Of a stretch of DNA of 64,000 bases, positions 19,721 through 30,656 are shown one piece after another. The stretch is from an uncultured delta proteobacterium (GTDB taxonomy: Bacteria; Desulfobacterota; Desulfomonilia; UBA1062), in the NCBI GenBank assembly GCA_963752595.1, contig CAVVYZ010000001.1, forward strand, positions 320,001-384,000, in the 5' to 3' direction. Position numbers and translations under genes: made by a program. The notes under the pieces are model-generated. The model searched no databases, was not told the DNA's origin, and was given only the letters and a program-made list of their open reading frames with translations. How positions within the stretch are numbered: the first letter of the stretch is position 1; every line of letters begins with the position of its first letter.

Positions 19721-20302
19721 TTATTGGTCTTCGACCTTCACAAGCTTTTTCCCCAGCTCCTCGGCTGCTTCCATGACCGCCGCGTTCTTCCCGATCTCGC
19801 CTGCCTTCATGGCGCTGCCGTAGACAAAGCCCACGATCTTTGAGCCCACATAGGCATAGGCATCCTGGAAGGTCCTCAGGGCATTGACGCAGCCCGAGTC
19901 AAAAGGATCCTCTCCGCCATAGGACATGGCGATGGCGATCCTCTTGTTTGAAAACGGGTCTTCCGCATAGGCGGGGAAAGCAAAGGAGCGGTCCATCCAG
20001 ATCTTGGTCTGGGCGGACATGGTAAACCAGTAGACAGGGCTTGCAATGACCCAGGCATCGGCCTCGATCATCTTCGGGTAGAGGTCCTGCATCTCGTCGT
20101 CGGTTGCGCACCCTGTGCTGCCCGGCCCCTGGCATGCATAGCACGACTTGCAGGGCTCAATCTTCATGCCGTGGAGGAAGACGGTCGTCACCTGCGCCCC
20201 TTCCGACTGAGCGCCTTTGGCGATTTGTCCGGCCAGAAGCGCGCTGTTACCATCTTTTCTCGGGCTGCCAAGCAGGACCAGGACTTTCTTTTTACTCTTC
20301 AT
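19721..20302 (-). CDS. Iron-sulfur flavoprotein (Isf)/flavodoxin-like FMN reductase
   Basis: GSPRKDGNS, CKSCYAC...C, ASPVYW. Confidence 0.87.
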   Translation of the reverse strand: MKSKKKVLVLLGSPRKDGNSALLAGQIAKGAQSEGAQVTTVFLHGMKIEPCKSCYACQGPGSTGCATDDEMQDLYPKMIEADAWVIASPVYWFTMSAQTKIWMDRSFAFPAYAEDPFSNKRIAIAMSYGGEDPFDSGCVNALRTFQDAYAYVGSKIVGFVYGSAMKAGEIGKNAAVMEAAEELGKKLVKVEDQ

Positions 20303-20335
20303 TGTTCAAAGCTCCTTATAGAGTAGTAATAGAGT

Positions 20336-21421
20336 CTATTTATACCTGCTGAAGTCCACGCCCCTCATGCGGCTCCTCTCATCGGACCAGTCATTTTCGG
20401 TGACAGGCGGGATTACCCTTTCTTCGGGGCTCTTATGGATAAGCCGGATGGCTTCAGCCGGGCAGGTGGTAACGCACAGGCCGCACCCGATGCACCGCTT
20501 CCGGGTCACCGTGTAGGTGCCGTCCGTCTCGGCAATAGCCTGTACCTGGCAGCGCTCGTCCGCACAGAGGCCGCAGCCCAAGCACAGCTCCTGGTCGATC
20601 TCGGCATGGTAGTGAGAGTTGATCACGTCTCCTGCCGGGATGCCCAGCTCGTTGATGGAACGAAGCGGCCCGCAGCAGCACTTGCAGCAGTTGCAGATAT
20701 AGAACCGGCCGTTCTGGACGTTGCTCGTGAGATGTACGAGACCGAGCTCCTCGGTCTTTTTCAGCAGTGCATATGCCTCTTCCTTCGTGATCACCCGGCC
20801 GATGGGCGAGTGGTCGAAAATGCCGGGCACCGGTGCCATGGCGAGGCAAACTTCCAGCGGCCTGTCGCATGGCTTGCCGAGCAGTGCGCGCTCTTTCTTG
20901 CAGATACATTCGTTCACCATGAATGCCTTGTTCTGCTCGATCAGGGCCGAGACCCTCTCGAAGGGCAGGCTCTCATGCCGGACCGTGATGGTCTCCTCGA
21001 TGGGAAGCGTCTGCATGAGCTGGGGTTTCCGGGTGAAGAAGTCGCGGGCAAAATCAGTCCCGTATTCTTCGTTCAGTTCTGCAAGTTCTTTGTCGATGCG
21101 GCCGAGCTGGAATTCAAAGACACCGAACACCCAGGGCAGCATCTTGAAAAGCCAGGTGTCTCCCAGCTGGATGGCGAAGAGCTGCCCCTTTCTGCCCATG
21201 GAGATGAGCTTGTACTCGAGGCTTTCCACCGGCCTGCCCGTGCGTTCCGAAACCTGGGGAGCGGTTTCGAAGCTCATCCGCATGTCGCAGAAAAGCTCGG
21301 CCTCGTCGGGCTCGAAGATCTTTTTGAGGATCCTGATCTCGACGCCGCTTTCCGTGGAAGGGAACCCATTGGGCAGGGTATCAAGGACCTTTGCCAGCCG
21401 CCTGTATATCTCATCGCTCAT
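20336..21421 (-). CDS. 4Fe-4S dicluster protein (CNCCxCCC family)
   Basis: ECIC...C...C, ICNCCKCCC, CLGCGLCADERC, CIGCGLCVTTCP. Confidence 0.85.
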   Translation of the reverse strand: MSDEIYRRLAKVLDTLPNGFPSTESGVEIRILKKIFEPDEAELFCDMRMSFETAPQVSERTGRPVESLEYKLISMGRKGQLFAIQLGDTWLFKMLPWVFGVFEFQLGRIDKELAELNEEYGTDFARDFFTRKPQLMQTLPIEETITVRHESLPFERVSALIEQNKAFMVNECICKKERALLGKPCDRPLEVCLAMAPVPGIFDHSPIGRVITKEEAYALLKKTEELGLVHLTSNVQNGRFYICNCCKCCCGPLRSINELGIPAGDVINSHYHAEIDQELCLGCGLCADERCQVQAIAETDGTYTVTRKRCIGCGLCVTTCPAEAIRLIHKSPEERVIPPVTENDWSDERSRMRGVDFSRYK

Positions 21422-21639
21422 GCATGCACCTCCGTGAACAAAAGCATACTCCTAGACGCATCCGGGAGGAAGTTTCCGGACATTGAGTTTTATTGATCTT
21501 TCCCCTATATATGAGACCCTATATCTAGGACAACTGTTTTCCTTACCCGAAAATGATGACCCATTTTTGGATATTGGGATTCAAGGGATGAAACGCTATA
21601 GATATCTGTAAGGAATTCACAGGGAGAAGGAGAGGTATC

Positions 21640-22014
21640 ATGGATGCGACCAATAAAAACAAAGAGCGCACGTGGACCATGCTCTGCCACCTGTCGGCGC
21701 TGATCGTGCTCCTGGGCATACCGTTCGGGAACATTTTAGGGCCTTTCATCGTGTGGCTCTTCAAGAAAAACGAGTACCCCGCCGTAGACATGCAGGGCAG
21801 GGAATCCATGAACTTTCAGATGTCCATGACGATTTATGCCGGAATCGCCCTCATCCTTGCCATAGTGCTCACTCCGGTCCTGATCGGGTTCGTCTTCTAC
21901 CCCGTAGTGGGGATCATAGCCCTTGCGGACATCATCCTGACGATCATCGCAACTGTTAAGGCAAGCGATACCATCCCTTACCATTACCCGCTCACCATCA
22001 GGGTAATAAATTAA
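21640..22014 (+). CDS. DUF4870 membrane protein
   Basis: MLCHLS...GPFIVWL...GRESMNFQ...YHYPLTIR; AGGAGAGG RBS. Confidence 0.85.
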   Translation: MDATNKNKERTWTMLCHLSALIVLLGIPFGNILGPFIVWLFKKNEYPAVDMQGRESMNFQMSMTIYAGIALILAIVLTPVLIGFVFYPVVGIIALADIILTIIATVKASDTIPYHYPLTIRVIN

Positions 22015-22083
22015 AATCGGTAAGATGCATGCAATGCAGTGCCGGTGTGACAGAGAAAGGCGCCGACCGCCTGTCTATGCCGG

Positions 22084-25068
22084 TTACGCTGCATCGAGCA
22101 CGTACCTGATCTTTTCGGTCAGGGCCTGGATGGAGAACGGCTTATGGATGAAGTGTACGCCCTTTTCAAGAATGCCGTGGTGAGCGATCACGTTGCCGGT
22201 ATACCCTGACATGTAGAGGACCTTCATGTCCGGGTAATGCTTCCTGATGCGCTCATAGAGCTGCTTGCCGTTCATTCCCGGCATGATGACATCGGTGAGC
22301 ATGAGGTGGATGGGACCATCTTTGCGTTCGAGAATCTCGATGAATTCTTCCGCAGTTGCTGCAGTAATGATATGATATCCGTGTTTCCGGAGGATCTCGC
22401 AGGTGAGGTCTCTTACCCCCTCGTCATCCTCTGCCACGATAATGGTTTCTTTGCCGTGTTTGCCTTTTCCGATGTCCGCCTTGTCGGGGATTCTCTCAAT
22501 CTCGCCTTCCACTCTCGGCAGGTAAATCTTGAAGGTAGAGCCTATGCCGGGCTCGCTGTAGACCGTAATATGTCCTTTGTGCTGAAGCACGATCCCGTAC
22601 ACCGTGGCCAGGCCCAGGCCAGTGCCTTTGCCGCGGTCCTTGGTGGTGAAGAAGGGCTCGAACATGTGGCCAAGGGTCTTTTTGTCCATGCCCGTGCCGT
22701 TATCGCTGAAGCACAGTATGACATACTCGCCGGGCTTTGTTCCCTGGTGTGACGCCGAATACGCCTCGTCCAGAACGATCACAGAGGTCTCGATGGTGAT
22801 TGCCCCGCCGCCCGGCATCGCATCCTGTGCATTCAGGGCAAGGTTCAGGATAATCTGGCCGATCTGGGATGTATCGATCTGGACTCCGGATACGGCTTGG
22901 CCGGTCATGATCCTGATCTCGATATCCTCCCTGATGGTTCTCCTGACCATCTTGCTGTAGCTCTCGATCACCTCGTTCAAATCCACGGTTTTCATGTCGA
23001 GCACCTGCTTGCTGCCGAAGGCGAGAAGCTGTTTGGTAAGATTTCTCGCCCTGTCTGCTGCAGACAGGATCTGGAAGAGGCCGTGATAATGGGGGTCGTC
23101 TTCCGCCATGCTCTGGAGAATCATCTCCGCATATCCGAGTATGGGTGCGAGCATGTTGTTGAGGTCGTGGGCAACTCCTCCCGCAAGCTGCCCGATAACC
23201 TCCATCTTCTGTGCATGCCTCAGCTGGCCTTCCATCCTGATCTCATCCGAGATGTCCCGGGCCATGCTGATGAGCGCGACCGGGCTGCCCTTCCGGTCCT
23301 TCAAGATAAAGGCGGTCGTCAGTGCCGTGAATACTGTGCCGTCTTTCCTCAGGTGGCCCATTTTCGTGGTATCACCCCCAAGCAGCTTCACCTGCCCGAT
23401 GAAAGGGGTAACCTCGCCCTGATACTGGCTTTCGCTGTGGAAGATGTTTAAGTGCTTTCCCTTGAGCTCGTCCGGGGTATATCCGTGCATCCTGGCCCAG
23501 GCAGGATTTGCATAGGTAACTATGCCGTCTAGGTCGGTCATGGCGATGCCGTCATGCGACTGCTCGATGGTCTCGCCCTGGCGCAGGAGTATCTCTTCGG
23601 ATTGCTTGCGCTCGGTGATGTCCCGGATGCATTCGATTGCACCGGCTACGTTCCCCGAGCTGTCGTAGAGCTTTGCAGCTACGGACCAGAGATATGCCCC
23701 CTTATTCCCGTAGAGTTTCGGGGCAAAGGTTTCCACGAACAACTTGTCGCCGATCTTATGGAGAAGGTCGTACCTCTTGAATATCTCTTCCCCCGGCGAA
23801 AGCAGCAGATCCAGGAGGAGGGGCTGCGCTTCCCCATAAAAGGGGACGGCATATGCATAGTCTCCTTTGCCGATGATTTCTTCCTTACGAACGCCGGTCA
23901 TGTCTTCTATGGCATGGTTCCAGGCAATGACTTTCCCTTCGGCGCCGACGGCAAAGGTTGGGTCCGGAAGGAAATCGATGATATCGGACATCCTTTGCTC
24001 GGATTCTTTGAGGGTGTGCTCCCGCTCGACAAGCTTTCCGATCAGGGAGCTGAACTCCCGTGAAAGGGTGCCGAGCTCGTCGCTCCGGGTAATCAGGTGA
24101 TCTTCTACCCGGTCAGCCCCCTTGCCTATGGCGAGGATATTGTTGGTGAGCTTTGTCACCGGTCTCAGGATCAGGAACTGGAGGAGTCCTCCGGCAACGA
24201 TCAGGAGAGCGATTCCCCCCCCGAGGATGAACATGAGTCCATATGCATAGGCTCGTGCTCCTTTTGCCATAATCTCTCGAGGGATGGATGCCCTGAGCAC
24301 GAAGGCCGGGCTGCCTCCGATATCCTCTATGAGCGAGTAGGCAATGAGCTTGTATATCCCTTCTTCTTCAAGGATCACCTTTCCGGCTGGAGGGATAACC
24401 GTGCCGGAGCCCGAGTGGCCGTATTTATTCGAATCCGAACTGTAGCCGCTCAGCTCGATATTCACCTGGTCTGCGATCTGCACGATCACATCCTGATTGA
24501 GGAACCGCCCCATGAGGATGGCGCCCCTGCTCGGGCCTTTGACCTCAGAGGTCAGAATCGGGTTCGAGGAGATCATCAGGGGGCCGTATGCGGTTTGGAT
24601 GATCCCCGTAGTCGATCTGTTCTCGTCACGCTGGGAGATGAGCTTGGAAAACACGTCCGGTCTGAGCTCGATGGAGAGGTCGAGAGGGATTTCCCTCCCG
24701 GTTTTCAGATCATAGGTTTTCCCCCCTACGAGGTTGCCTTTCAGGTTATAGATATGGATAAGGTTGAGCTTCTGGTCCCTGAAAATCTCCCACTGCAGGT
24801 TGGCATCCTGGAATTTTGAATTTCCGTCCCGGACGAACCGGTAGGTATCATCCCAGGCAGCCCAGTCGTGGACGAACCTGTCCAGGAGGCCCAGTTCGCG
24901 GTTGAGGGCAGCCGTGCAGCGGTTCATGTCCTTTTCCGCGTCCATCCTGTCGAGATCGATGAAGCTCTGGAGAATCACGAGCCGGAAAACGACGTAGTAT
25001 GAGAATGTCACTGTAAGTACAACGGAGACAAGGATGATGAGTATCTTTCCCTTAAGCTGCATCTTCAC
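22084..25068 (-). CDS. Hybrid sensor kinase CHASE4-HAMP-PAS-PAS-HisKA-HATPase-REC
   Basis: DWAAWDDTY (CHASE4), DELGTL (HAMP), two PAS/PAC domains, [33 protein letters not shown]. Confidence 0.92.
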   Translation of the reverse strand: MKMQLKGKILIILVSVVLTVTFSYYVVFRLVILQSFIDLDRMDAEKDMNRCTAALNRELGLLDRFVHDWAAWDDTYRFVRDGNSKFQDANLQWEIFRDQKLNLIHIYNLKGNLVGGKTYDLKTGREIPLDLSIELRPDVFSKLISQRDENRSTTGIIQTAYGPLMISSNPILTSEVKGPSRGAILMGRFLNQDVIVQIADQVNIELSGYSSDSNKYGHSGSGTVIPPAGKVILEEEGIYKLIAYSLIEDIGGSPAFVLRASIPREIMAKGARAYAYGLMFILGGGIALLIVAGGLLQFLILRPVTKLTNNILAIGKGADRVEDHLITRSDELGTLSREFSSLIGKLVEREHTLKESEQRMSDIIDFLPDPTFAVGAEGKVIAWNHAIEDMTGVRKEEIIGKGDYAYAVPFYGEAQPLLLDLLLSPGEEIFKRYDLLHKIGDKLFVETFAPKLYGNKGAYLWSVAAKLYDSSGNVAGAIECIRDITERKQSEEILLRQGETIEQSHDGIAMTDLDGIVTYANPAWARMHGYTPDELKGKHLNIFHSESQYQGEVTPFIGQVKLLGGDTTKMGHLRKDGTVFTALTTAFILKDRKGSPVALISMARDISDEIRMEGQLRHAQKMEVIGQLAGGVAHDLNNMLAPILGYAEMILQSMAEDDPHYHGLFQILSAADRARNLTKQLLAFGSKQVLDMKTVDLNEVIESYSKMVRRTIREDIEIRIMTGQAVSGVQIDTSQIGQIILNLALNAQDAMPGGGAITIETSVIVLDEAYSASHQGTKPGEYVILCFSDNGTGMDKKTLGHMFEPFFTTKDRGKGTGLGLATVYGIVLQHKGHITVYSEPGIGSTFKIYLPRVEGEIERIPDKADIGKGKHGKETIIVAEDDEGVRDLTCEILRKHGYHIITAATAEEFIEILERKDGPIHLMLTDVIMPGMNGKQLYERIRKHYPDMKVLYMSGYTGNVIAHHGILEKGVHFIHKPFSIQALTEKIRYVLDAA

Positions 25069-25329
25069 TTTCCAATGAATGAACTGTTCGTGCCGTAAAA
25101 CATCTGTTGTGAAATCTCTGCCCTTTCCTGCAGGTTGCGCAGGAAGACCGTGCGTTCCCCATACTACCTTTCGGATTATGAGAGAGAAATCTTCAATAAT
25201 CAGTGAGACTATTCAATATCTTGGGTTTGCTGTCCCGGAGGTGATGCACGCAAAGGGAACAGGAAGGGCTTGACAGGCAGGCCAAGCTCGATCCATTGTC
25301 TATATCGACCATTTTCCAATGTAACGATC

Positions 25330-26631
25330 ATGAGCGTAAAAGACCGATTGAAACGCCTGACAGGGGAGGTTAAGCAACCTCTGCAAGAAGTCTCCCAGCA
25401 AGAGATTATCAGCGAGCTGCGGAAAAAAATCGATACCATCATGACCCGGAGGGCGTCCTATCCCCAGCAGACGGTCACCTGCCGGCCGAAGGCCATACGG
25501 GCGCTTCACGAAGCGATAACCGGCGAGGAGGTAGCCAATGCCCATGGGAAGTGCTACTTCAGCCGCACCACCTATCACGCCCAGTCCTGCCACGGCTGTT
25601 ACCGGATCGCAGAGCTGACCCTGGCCGATATGGAGGCCGCGGCCATCCTCGCCGGGCATCCCGGAATAGGCTCCATGAACATCAGCGATGCCCTGTTCCT
25701 GGATACCGAGACAACTGGGCTTGCCGGAGGAACCGGCACCTTTGCCTTCCTCATAGGGATCGGGTGGTTCGAGGGCGAAGACTTCGTCGTATGCCAGCTC
25801 TTTGCCCGGGATTACCATGAGGAGGCCTCGATGCTGACCCTGCTCCGGGAGATTGCACAGGACAAGCGCTTCCTCGTGACCTTTAACGGCAGGGCCTTCG
25901 ACATGACGCTGCTTTCCGCGAGGTTCATCCTCAACAGGCTTAACAATCCCTTCATCGACATGCCCCACCTCGACCTGCTTTTTCCCAGCAGGCGCATCCT
26001 CGGGCACCGGCTCGAAAACAGCAGGCTCGTAACCCTCGAAAGCGAGATCCTGGGCCTCGTCCGCACCGGAGACGTACCCGGTTTCGAGATCCCAAGGCGG
26101 TATTTCGACTGGCTTCAAAGCCGGGACGCATCGCTCCTGGAGGATGTGTTCCAGCACAACCGGCTCGATATCGTGTCCATGGCAGCGCTCGTATCCCATC
26201 TTTCGGTCCTCCTCACCGGCGGATGCGACCGGCAGGATCTGCACCATGCCGATCTCCTGGCCGCTGCGAGGCTCCATCTCCACCAGGGAAGCTTTGAATC
26301 GGGCCTGGATATGCTCCGGTCCTTGATGGTCTCTCCCGACCCGCTCATAGCCCGTGATGCCAGGGTGGCCCTCTCGCTGGCGCATAAGCGCAGAGGCCTG
26401 TGGAAACAAGCGGTGAGCGTATGGGAGGAAATGATAGCAAGCGATCCTCACGACCTCTTTGCTGCGGAAGAGCTTGCCAAGTGGCTGGAGCACCGGGCGT
26501 ATGATTATTCCCGGGCAATCGGCATCGTGACGGCAGTGCTTTCCGGCCGCAAGGCTTTATCCCGGGACGAGAGGGAAGGCCTGTCCTATCGCCTCGTACG
26601 GCTGAGAAGGAAGAGCGGTGAAGCGCTATAA
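25330..26631 (+). CDS. mrfB: RNase H-like/DEDD exonuclease with C-terminal TPRs (MrfB/YprB family)
   Basis: FLDTETTGLAGGTG, VTFNGRAFD, HLDLL, HNRLD, followed by a TPR-like helical tail (EELAKWLEHR). Confidence 0.85.
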   Translation: MSVKDRLKRLTGEVKQPLQEVSQQEIISELRKKIDTIMTRRASYPQQTVTCRPKAIRALHEAITGEEVANAHGKCYFSRTTYHAQSCHGCYRIAELTLADMEAAAILAGHPGIGSMNISDALFLDTETTGLAGGTGTFAFLIGIGWFEGEDFVVCQLFARDYHEEASMLTLLREIAQDKRFLVTFNGRAFDMTLLSARFILNRLNNPFIDMPHLDLLFPSRRILGHRLENSRLVTLESEILGLVRTGDVPGFEIPRRYFDWLQSRDASLLEDVFQHNRLDIVSMAALVSHLSVLLTGGCDRQDLHHADLLAAARLHLHQGSFESGLDMLRSLMVSPDPLIARDARVALSLAHKRRGLWKQAVSVWEEMIASDPHDLFAAEELAKWLEHRAYDYSRAIGIVTAVLSGRKALSRDEREGLSYRLVRLRRKSGEAL

Positions 26632-26789
26632 AGCCGGCGCGGCTCCTTGTATGAAAATGATTTCTGACTGGTCTTATTTCTTTTCACATTTTCCCCACAA
26701 AAGGTTTCATGATATAAGAATCTGAAAACTGTTTTTAATTTTATGGATTTTACGATTTCCATTACGTAGTGTTAAGGGAGGATTCTTGT

Positions 26790-28925
26790 ATGGCAGGCCC
26801 AGAAAACCATCTCCATGAACGTCTTCGTGTGCTGGCGTATAACCTCTGGTGGACGTGGCATCCCGAGGTCATCAGCCTCTTCACCGACCTGGACCCGCAT
26901 CTCTGGCGGCAGGTCGAGCACAATCCCATTGCCTTTCTCAACCGGATCACCCCGGAGCAGATCGAGGACCGGGCCTCCGAGCTGGTGCTTCACAGCCGTA
27001 TCAACTATGCCTTCAGGCGTCTCAACGAGTATATGGAACCGGAGAAGACATGGGGCAATGTCCATGGCGGCAACCTCAACAACCGCCCGGTGATCTATTT
27101 CTCGGCCGAGTTCGGCCTTCATGAATCCTTGCCCGTCTACTCCGGCGGCCTGGGCATACTTGCCGGCGACCATCTGAAGAGCGCATCCGATCTGGGCGTG
27201 CCGCTCATCGGCATCGGGCTCCTGTACCGGCAGGGCTATTTCAGCCAGCGACTGAATAAAGACGGCTGGCAGGAAGAGGACTACAAGAATCTCGACATCA
27301 ACAACCAGCCGTTGAAGCTTGTTGCAGGCCCGGATGGAAAGCCCCTTATTATCCGGATCGACACCCGTACGACGCCTCTGCTCGCACAGGTCTGGCAGCT
27401 CCAGGTAGGCCGCGTCCGCCTGATGCTTCTCGACGCAAATATCGAGGGCAATTCCAACGAAGACCGCGATCTCACCTCCCGTCTCTATGGAGGCGACATC
27501 AAACTGCGCATCCGGCAGGAGCTGCTCCTGGGCATCGGCGGTGCGCGAATCCTGCAGGCACTGAACATTTTCCCCGGGGTGCTGCACCTGAACGAGGGGC
27601 ACAGTGCATTTGCCATTCTCGAAGAGATCAGGCGCACCATGGAATATGACGATATCCCGTTCCATCGGGCGCTCAGGCGCATATCTCTCTACACCGTCTT
27701 TACCACGCACACCCCTGTGGAGGCAGGCCATGACCGGTTTCCGTCCAATCTGGTGGAGGAGCATCTCGGCGTTTTCCGGGAGAGGCTCGGCTTGAACCAT
27801 GACGATTTCATGGCCCTGGGCAGGGTCAACCCTCAGGACAGGACCGAGACCTTCTGCATGACGGTCCTTGCACTCAGGGGCTCCCGCAGGGCCAACGGCG
27901 TTTCTGCAATTCACGGGCACGTGAGCCGCCTCATGTGGAAGAACCTCTGGCCCGGCAGGACCGAGGGGGAAGTACCTATCGGTCACATCACGAACGGCGT
28001 CCATGTCCTTTCCTGGCTTGCGCCCCAGATGCACCAGCTCTTCCAGACCCGTCTCGGTCAGGACTGGCCTACCCGCATGGTGCACTCCGATGTATGGGAG
28101 AATATGGATGATATCGACGACGGCGAGCTGTGGGAGACCCACCAGAGCTTGAAAATGCGGCTCATCCGTTTTGTGCGGCGGCGGCTGCACCAGCAGGCAG
28201 AGCGTCTCGGAAAGCGGGAAACCATAAAGCAGATCGAGCGGATCCTGGACCCTGAAATCCTCACCATCGGATGCGCCCGAAGGTTTGCGACATACAAAAG
28301 GAGCGATCTCATCCTTTCGCAGCCGGAACTCCTGGAAAAGCTCATCAATGATCCGAAAAGGCCCTTCCAGATCATTTTTGCAGGCAAGGCCCACCCCAGG
28401 GACGATCAGGGCAAGGCTCTGTTACAGCGTATCGCACAACTCAGCTGTGACAAGACCTTCAGGCGCAGGGTCGTTTTCGTGGAGGACTATGACTATAATG
28501 TGGCCCGCCACCTCGTGCAGGGAGTGGATGTTTGGCTGAACACCCCCAGGAGGCCTCTGGAGGCCTGCGGTACGAGCGGCCAGAAGGTTGTCCTCAACGG
28601 CGGCTTGAACCTTTCTGTGCTCGACGGCTGGTGGAACGAGGCATATGACGGCCGGAACGGCTTTGCCATAGGCCACGGCGGCATGCATAACAATCCGGAT
28701 GTCCAGTTCAAGCGGGATGCAGAATACCTTTACAAAACCCTCGAAGAGGAAGTGATCCCCCTTTATTACAAGCGGGACACCCAGGGCATCCCCTCCCTGT
28801 GGGTCGAGCGGATGAAGCATGCCATGAGGAGCCTCGGCTGGCGCTTCATCGCGGACCGTATGGTCAAGGATTATGCCGAGCGTTTCTACCTCCCCGCAGC
28901 AAGTTCTACATCTACGGAGGTCTAA
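26790..28925 (+). CDS. glgP: Alpha-glucan (glycogen) phosphorylase
   Basis: YFSAEFG, YSGGLG, HLNEGH, ARRFATYKR, EACGTSGQK (PLP lysine). Confidence 0.95.
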   Translation: MAGPENHLHERLRVLAYNLWWTWHPEVISLFTDLDPHLWRQVEHNPIAFLNRITPEQIEDRASELVLHSRINYAFRRLNEYMEPEKTWGNVHGGNLNNRPVIYFSAEFGLHESLPVYSGGLGILAGDHLKSASDLGVPLIGIGLLYRQGYFSQRLNKDGWQEEDYKNLDINNQPLKLVAGPDGKPLIIRIDTRTTPLLAQVWQLQVGRVRLMLLDANIEGNSNEDRDLTSRLYGGDIKLRIRQELLLGIGGARILQALNIFPGVLHLNEGHSAFAILEEIRRTMEYDDIPFHRALRRISLYTVFTTHTPVEAGHDRFPSNLVEEHLGVFRERLGLNHDDFMALGRVNPQDRTETFCMTVLALRGSRRANGVSAIHGHVSRLMWKNLWPGRTEGEVPIGHITNGVHVLSWLAPQMHQLFQTRLGQDWPTRMVHSDVWENMDDIDDGELWETHQSLKMRLIRFVRRRLHQQAERLGKRETIKQIERILDPEILTIGCARRFATYKRSDLILSQPELLEKLINDPKRPFQIIFAGKAHPRDDQGKALLQRIAQLSCDKTFRRRVVFVEDYDYNVARHLVQGVDVWLNTPRRPLEACGTSGQKVVLNGGLNLSVLDGWWNEAYDGRNGFAIGHGGMHNNPDVQFKRDAEYLYKTLEEEVIPLYYKRDTQGIPSLWVERMKHAMRSLGWRFIADRMVKDYAERFYLPAASSTSTEV

Positions 28926-29372
28926 ATAGGTCCGAAGTGGCGTACCGGATCATGAGCTCCCATAATTGTCCCGCCTGAACGGAGGCCAGGCAATCGCACC
29001 CTGGAAAGCACTGCCGCTGCCCTATCCGGTGCAAAGTGATAAAATTCAGTCCGAGGAGATACGCTCATGGGCGTGAATCTCATGGCACCCATGGACCTTA
29101 CACCTAACAGGGAATCAGGAAAGAGAAACTATATGTATATCCGGGCGTATTTGCCAAGTGTTCGGACTTCTTTTCCCGCTTCGTCCACATTGTTTCCGCT
29201 CAGGCCCGCTGAAGGTGGCTATTCTTTGAAAACATGATTTTTTTCTCCAGTGCAGAGGAATATCGGGCTATGCGGGCCGGCCGGTTCGGCTTTTACTCCG
29301 ACCCGTATTCCTTTTTGTATAACAAACGTTATTATTATAAAATGAAGTAATCCTTAAGAGGAGGATGTACCC

Positions 29373-30641
29373 ATGACTTACTGGTTTCAGGATCCGGGGA
29401 TCAAGTCCCTGCTCCCACTCGCCACTTCAACATCCATCAAGGGTCTGGCAACGTTTTTCAACATGCCGGCACTGGTGATCGGAGCGAATTCCCTGGCAGA
29501 GGCGTTCATGCCTCAGCCTTCGATCATCGATATTTTCACCACGCGCTGCACCACGAAGAGGAGCTTCTTCGTCACCGACGAGTTCAGCGAACGGTTTGCG
29601 AATAAGGCAGTGATGGTGCTCCAGGGGGCGGGTTTTACCACATGCATCTGGAACAAGGCCTTACCCGAGGCGCCCATCGACAATGTGAAGGAATGCGCTT
29701 CTGCGATGACCAAATTCGAGCCGGACATGATCTTCGCCGTGGGAGGGGGCTCGGTCATCGACACTGCCAAGGCCGCATGGGTTCTCTATGAGCGGCCCGA
29801 TATCACCGATCTGGGGCAGGTCCACCCGCTGGGGCTGCTCGGGCTGCGCAAGAAGGCCGGCCTCACCGTGGTGCCGACCACGAGCGGAACAGGCTCCGAG
29901 TGCACCATGGCAGCCGTGCTCCACGATCCCCAAACTCATCGCAAAATTCCCATTGCCAACGGCGACCTGTTCCCGGACCTCGCGATCCTGGACCCGGAAT
30001 TCACCGTGAGCATGCCTCCGAAGCTCACGGCAGGCACGGGCCTCGATGCCCTGGCGCATGCCGTCGACGGGATCATGACCCCTGCCTCAAACGACATCAC
30101 GGACGCCATGGGGCTGCGCGCCATAAAACTGGTCTTTCAGTACCTGCCGCGTGCGTTCCGCAACGGCAAGGACCGCGAGGCACGGTTCAGGATGCACATC
30201 GCTGCAACCATGGCAGGGGCCTGCTTCGGCCAGAACAGCTGCGCCTTGACCCACGGGTTCGGCCATGCCGTGGGCGGCCTCTTCGGCATCCACCACGGGA
30301 TCTCGGTGGGCATTTTCATCCCGTACGCCCTGCAGTTTTACCGGCCCGTCACGGAAAAGTTCCTGGACATCTGCGAGGTGCTCAAGCTCGAAGGAAGATC
30401 CACAGACGAGCAGTTTGCAGGGCTCGTACGCTCTATGAAAGGGATCCTCACGGAGCTCGATGTGCCCCTTTCCTTCAAAGGGCTGGGCATTTCAGAGGAT
30501 GATTTCAACAGCAAGATGGAAGAGATGGTGACGTTCGCCATCGAGGACATCGACACCTTCTTCAGCCCCCGGCCTATAACCAGGGCTGAGAGCGAGAAGA
30601 TCCTGCAGTGTGCATACCACGGGCAGGACATTGATTTTTAA
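29373..30641 (+). CDS. Iron-containing alcohol dehydrogenase
   Basis: GGGSVIDTAK, PTTSGTGSE, DALAHA, HGFGH, HG. Confidence 0.92.
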   Translation: MTYWFQDPGIKSLLPLATSTSIKGLATFFNMPALVIGANSLAEAFMPQPSIIDIFTTRCTTKRSFFVTDEFSERFANKAVMVLQGAGFTTCIWNKALPEAPIDNVKECASAMTKFEPDMIFAVGGGSVIDTAKAAWVLYERPDITDLGQVHPLGLLGLRKKAGLTVVPTTSGTGSECTMAAVLHDPQTHRKIPIANGDLFPDLAILDPEFTVSMPPKLTAGTGLDALAHAVDGIMTPASNDITDAMGLRAIKLVFQYLPRAFRNGKDREARFRMHIAATMAGACFGQNSCALTHGFGHAVGGLFGIHHGISVGIFIPYALQFYRPVTEKFLDICEVLKLEGRSTDEQFAGLVRSMKGILTELDVPLSFKGLGISEDDFNSKMEEMVTFAIEDIDTFFSPRPITRAESEKILQCAYHGQDIDF

Positions 30642-30656
30642 GGGAGGTTGCAAGAC

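Noticed and set aside
29067-29237. 56-codon ORF with a GAGGAG RBS between glgP and the ADH gene
   Set aside because: No recognisable motif and atypical composition; cannot be supported without homology or expression data.
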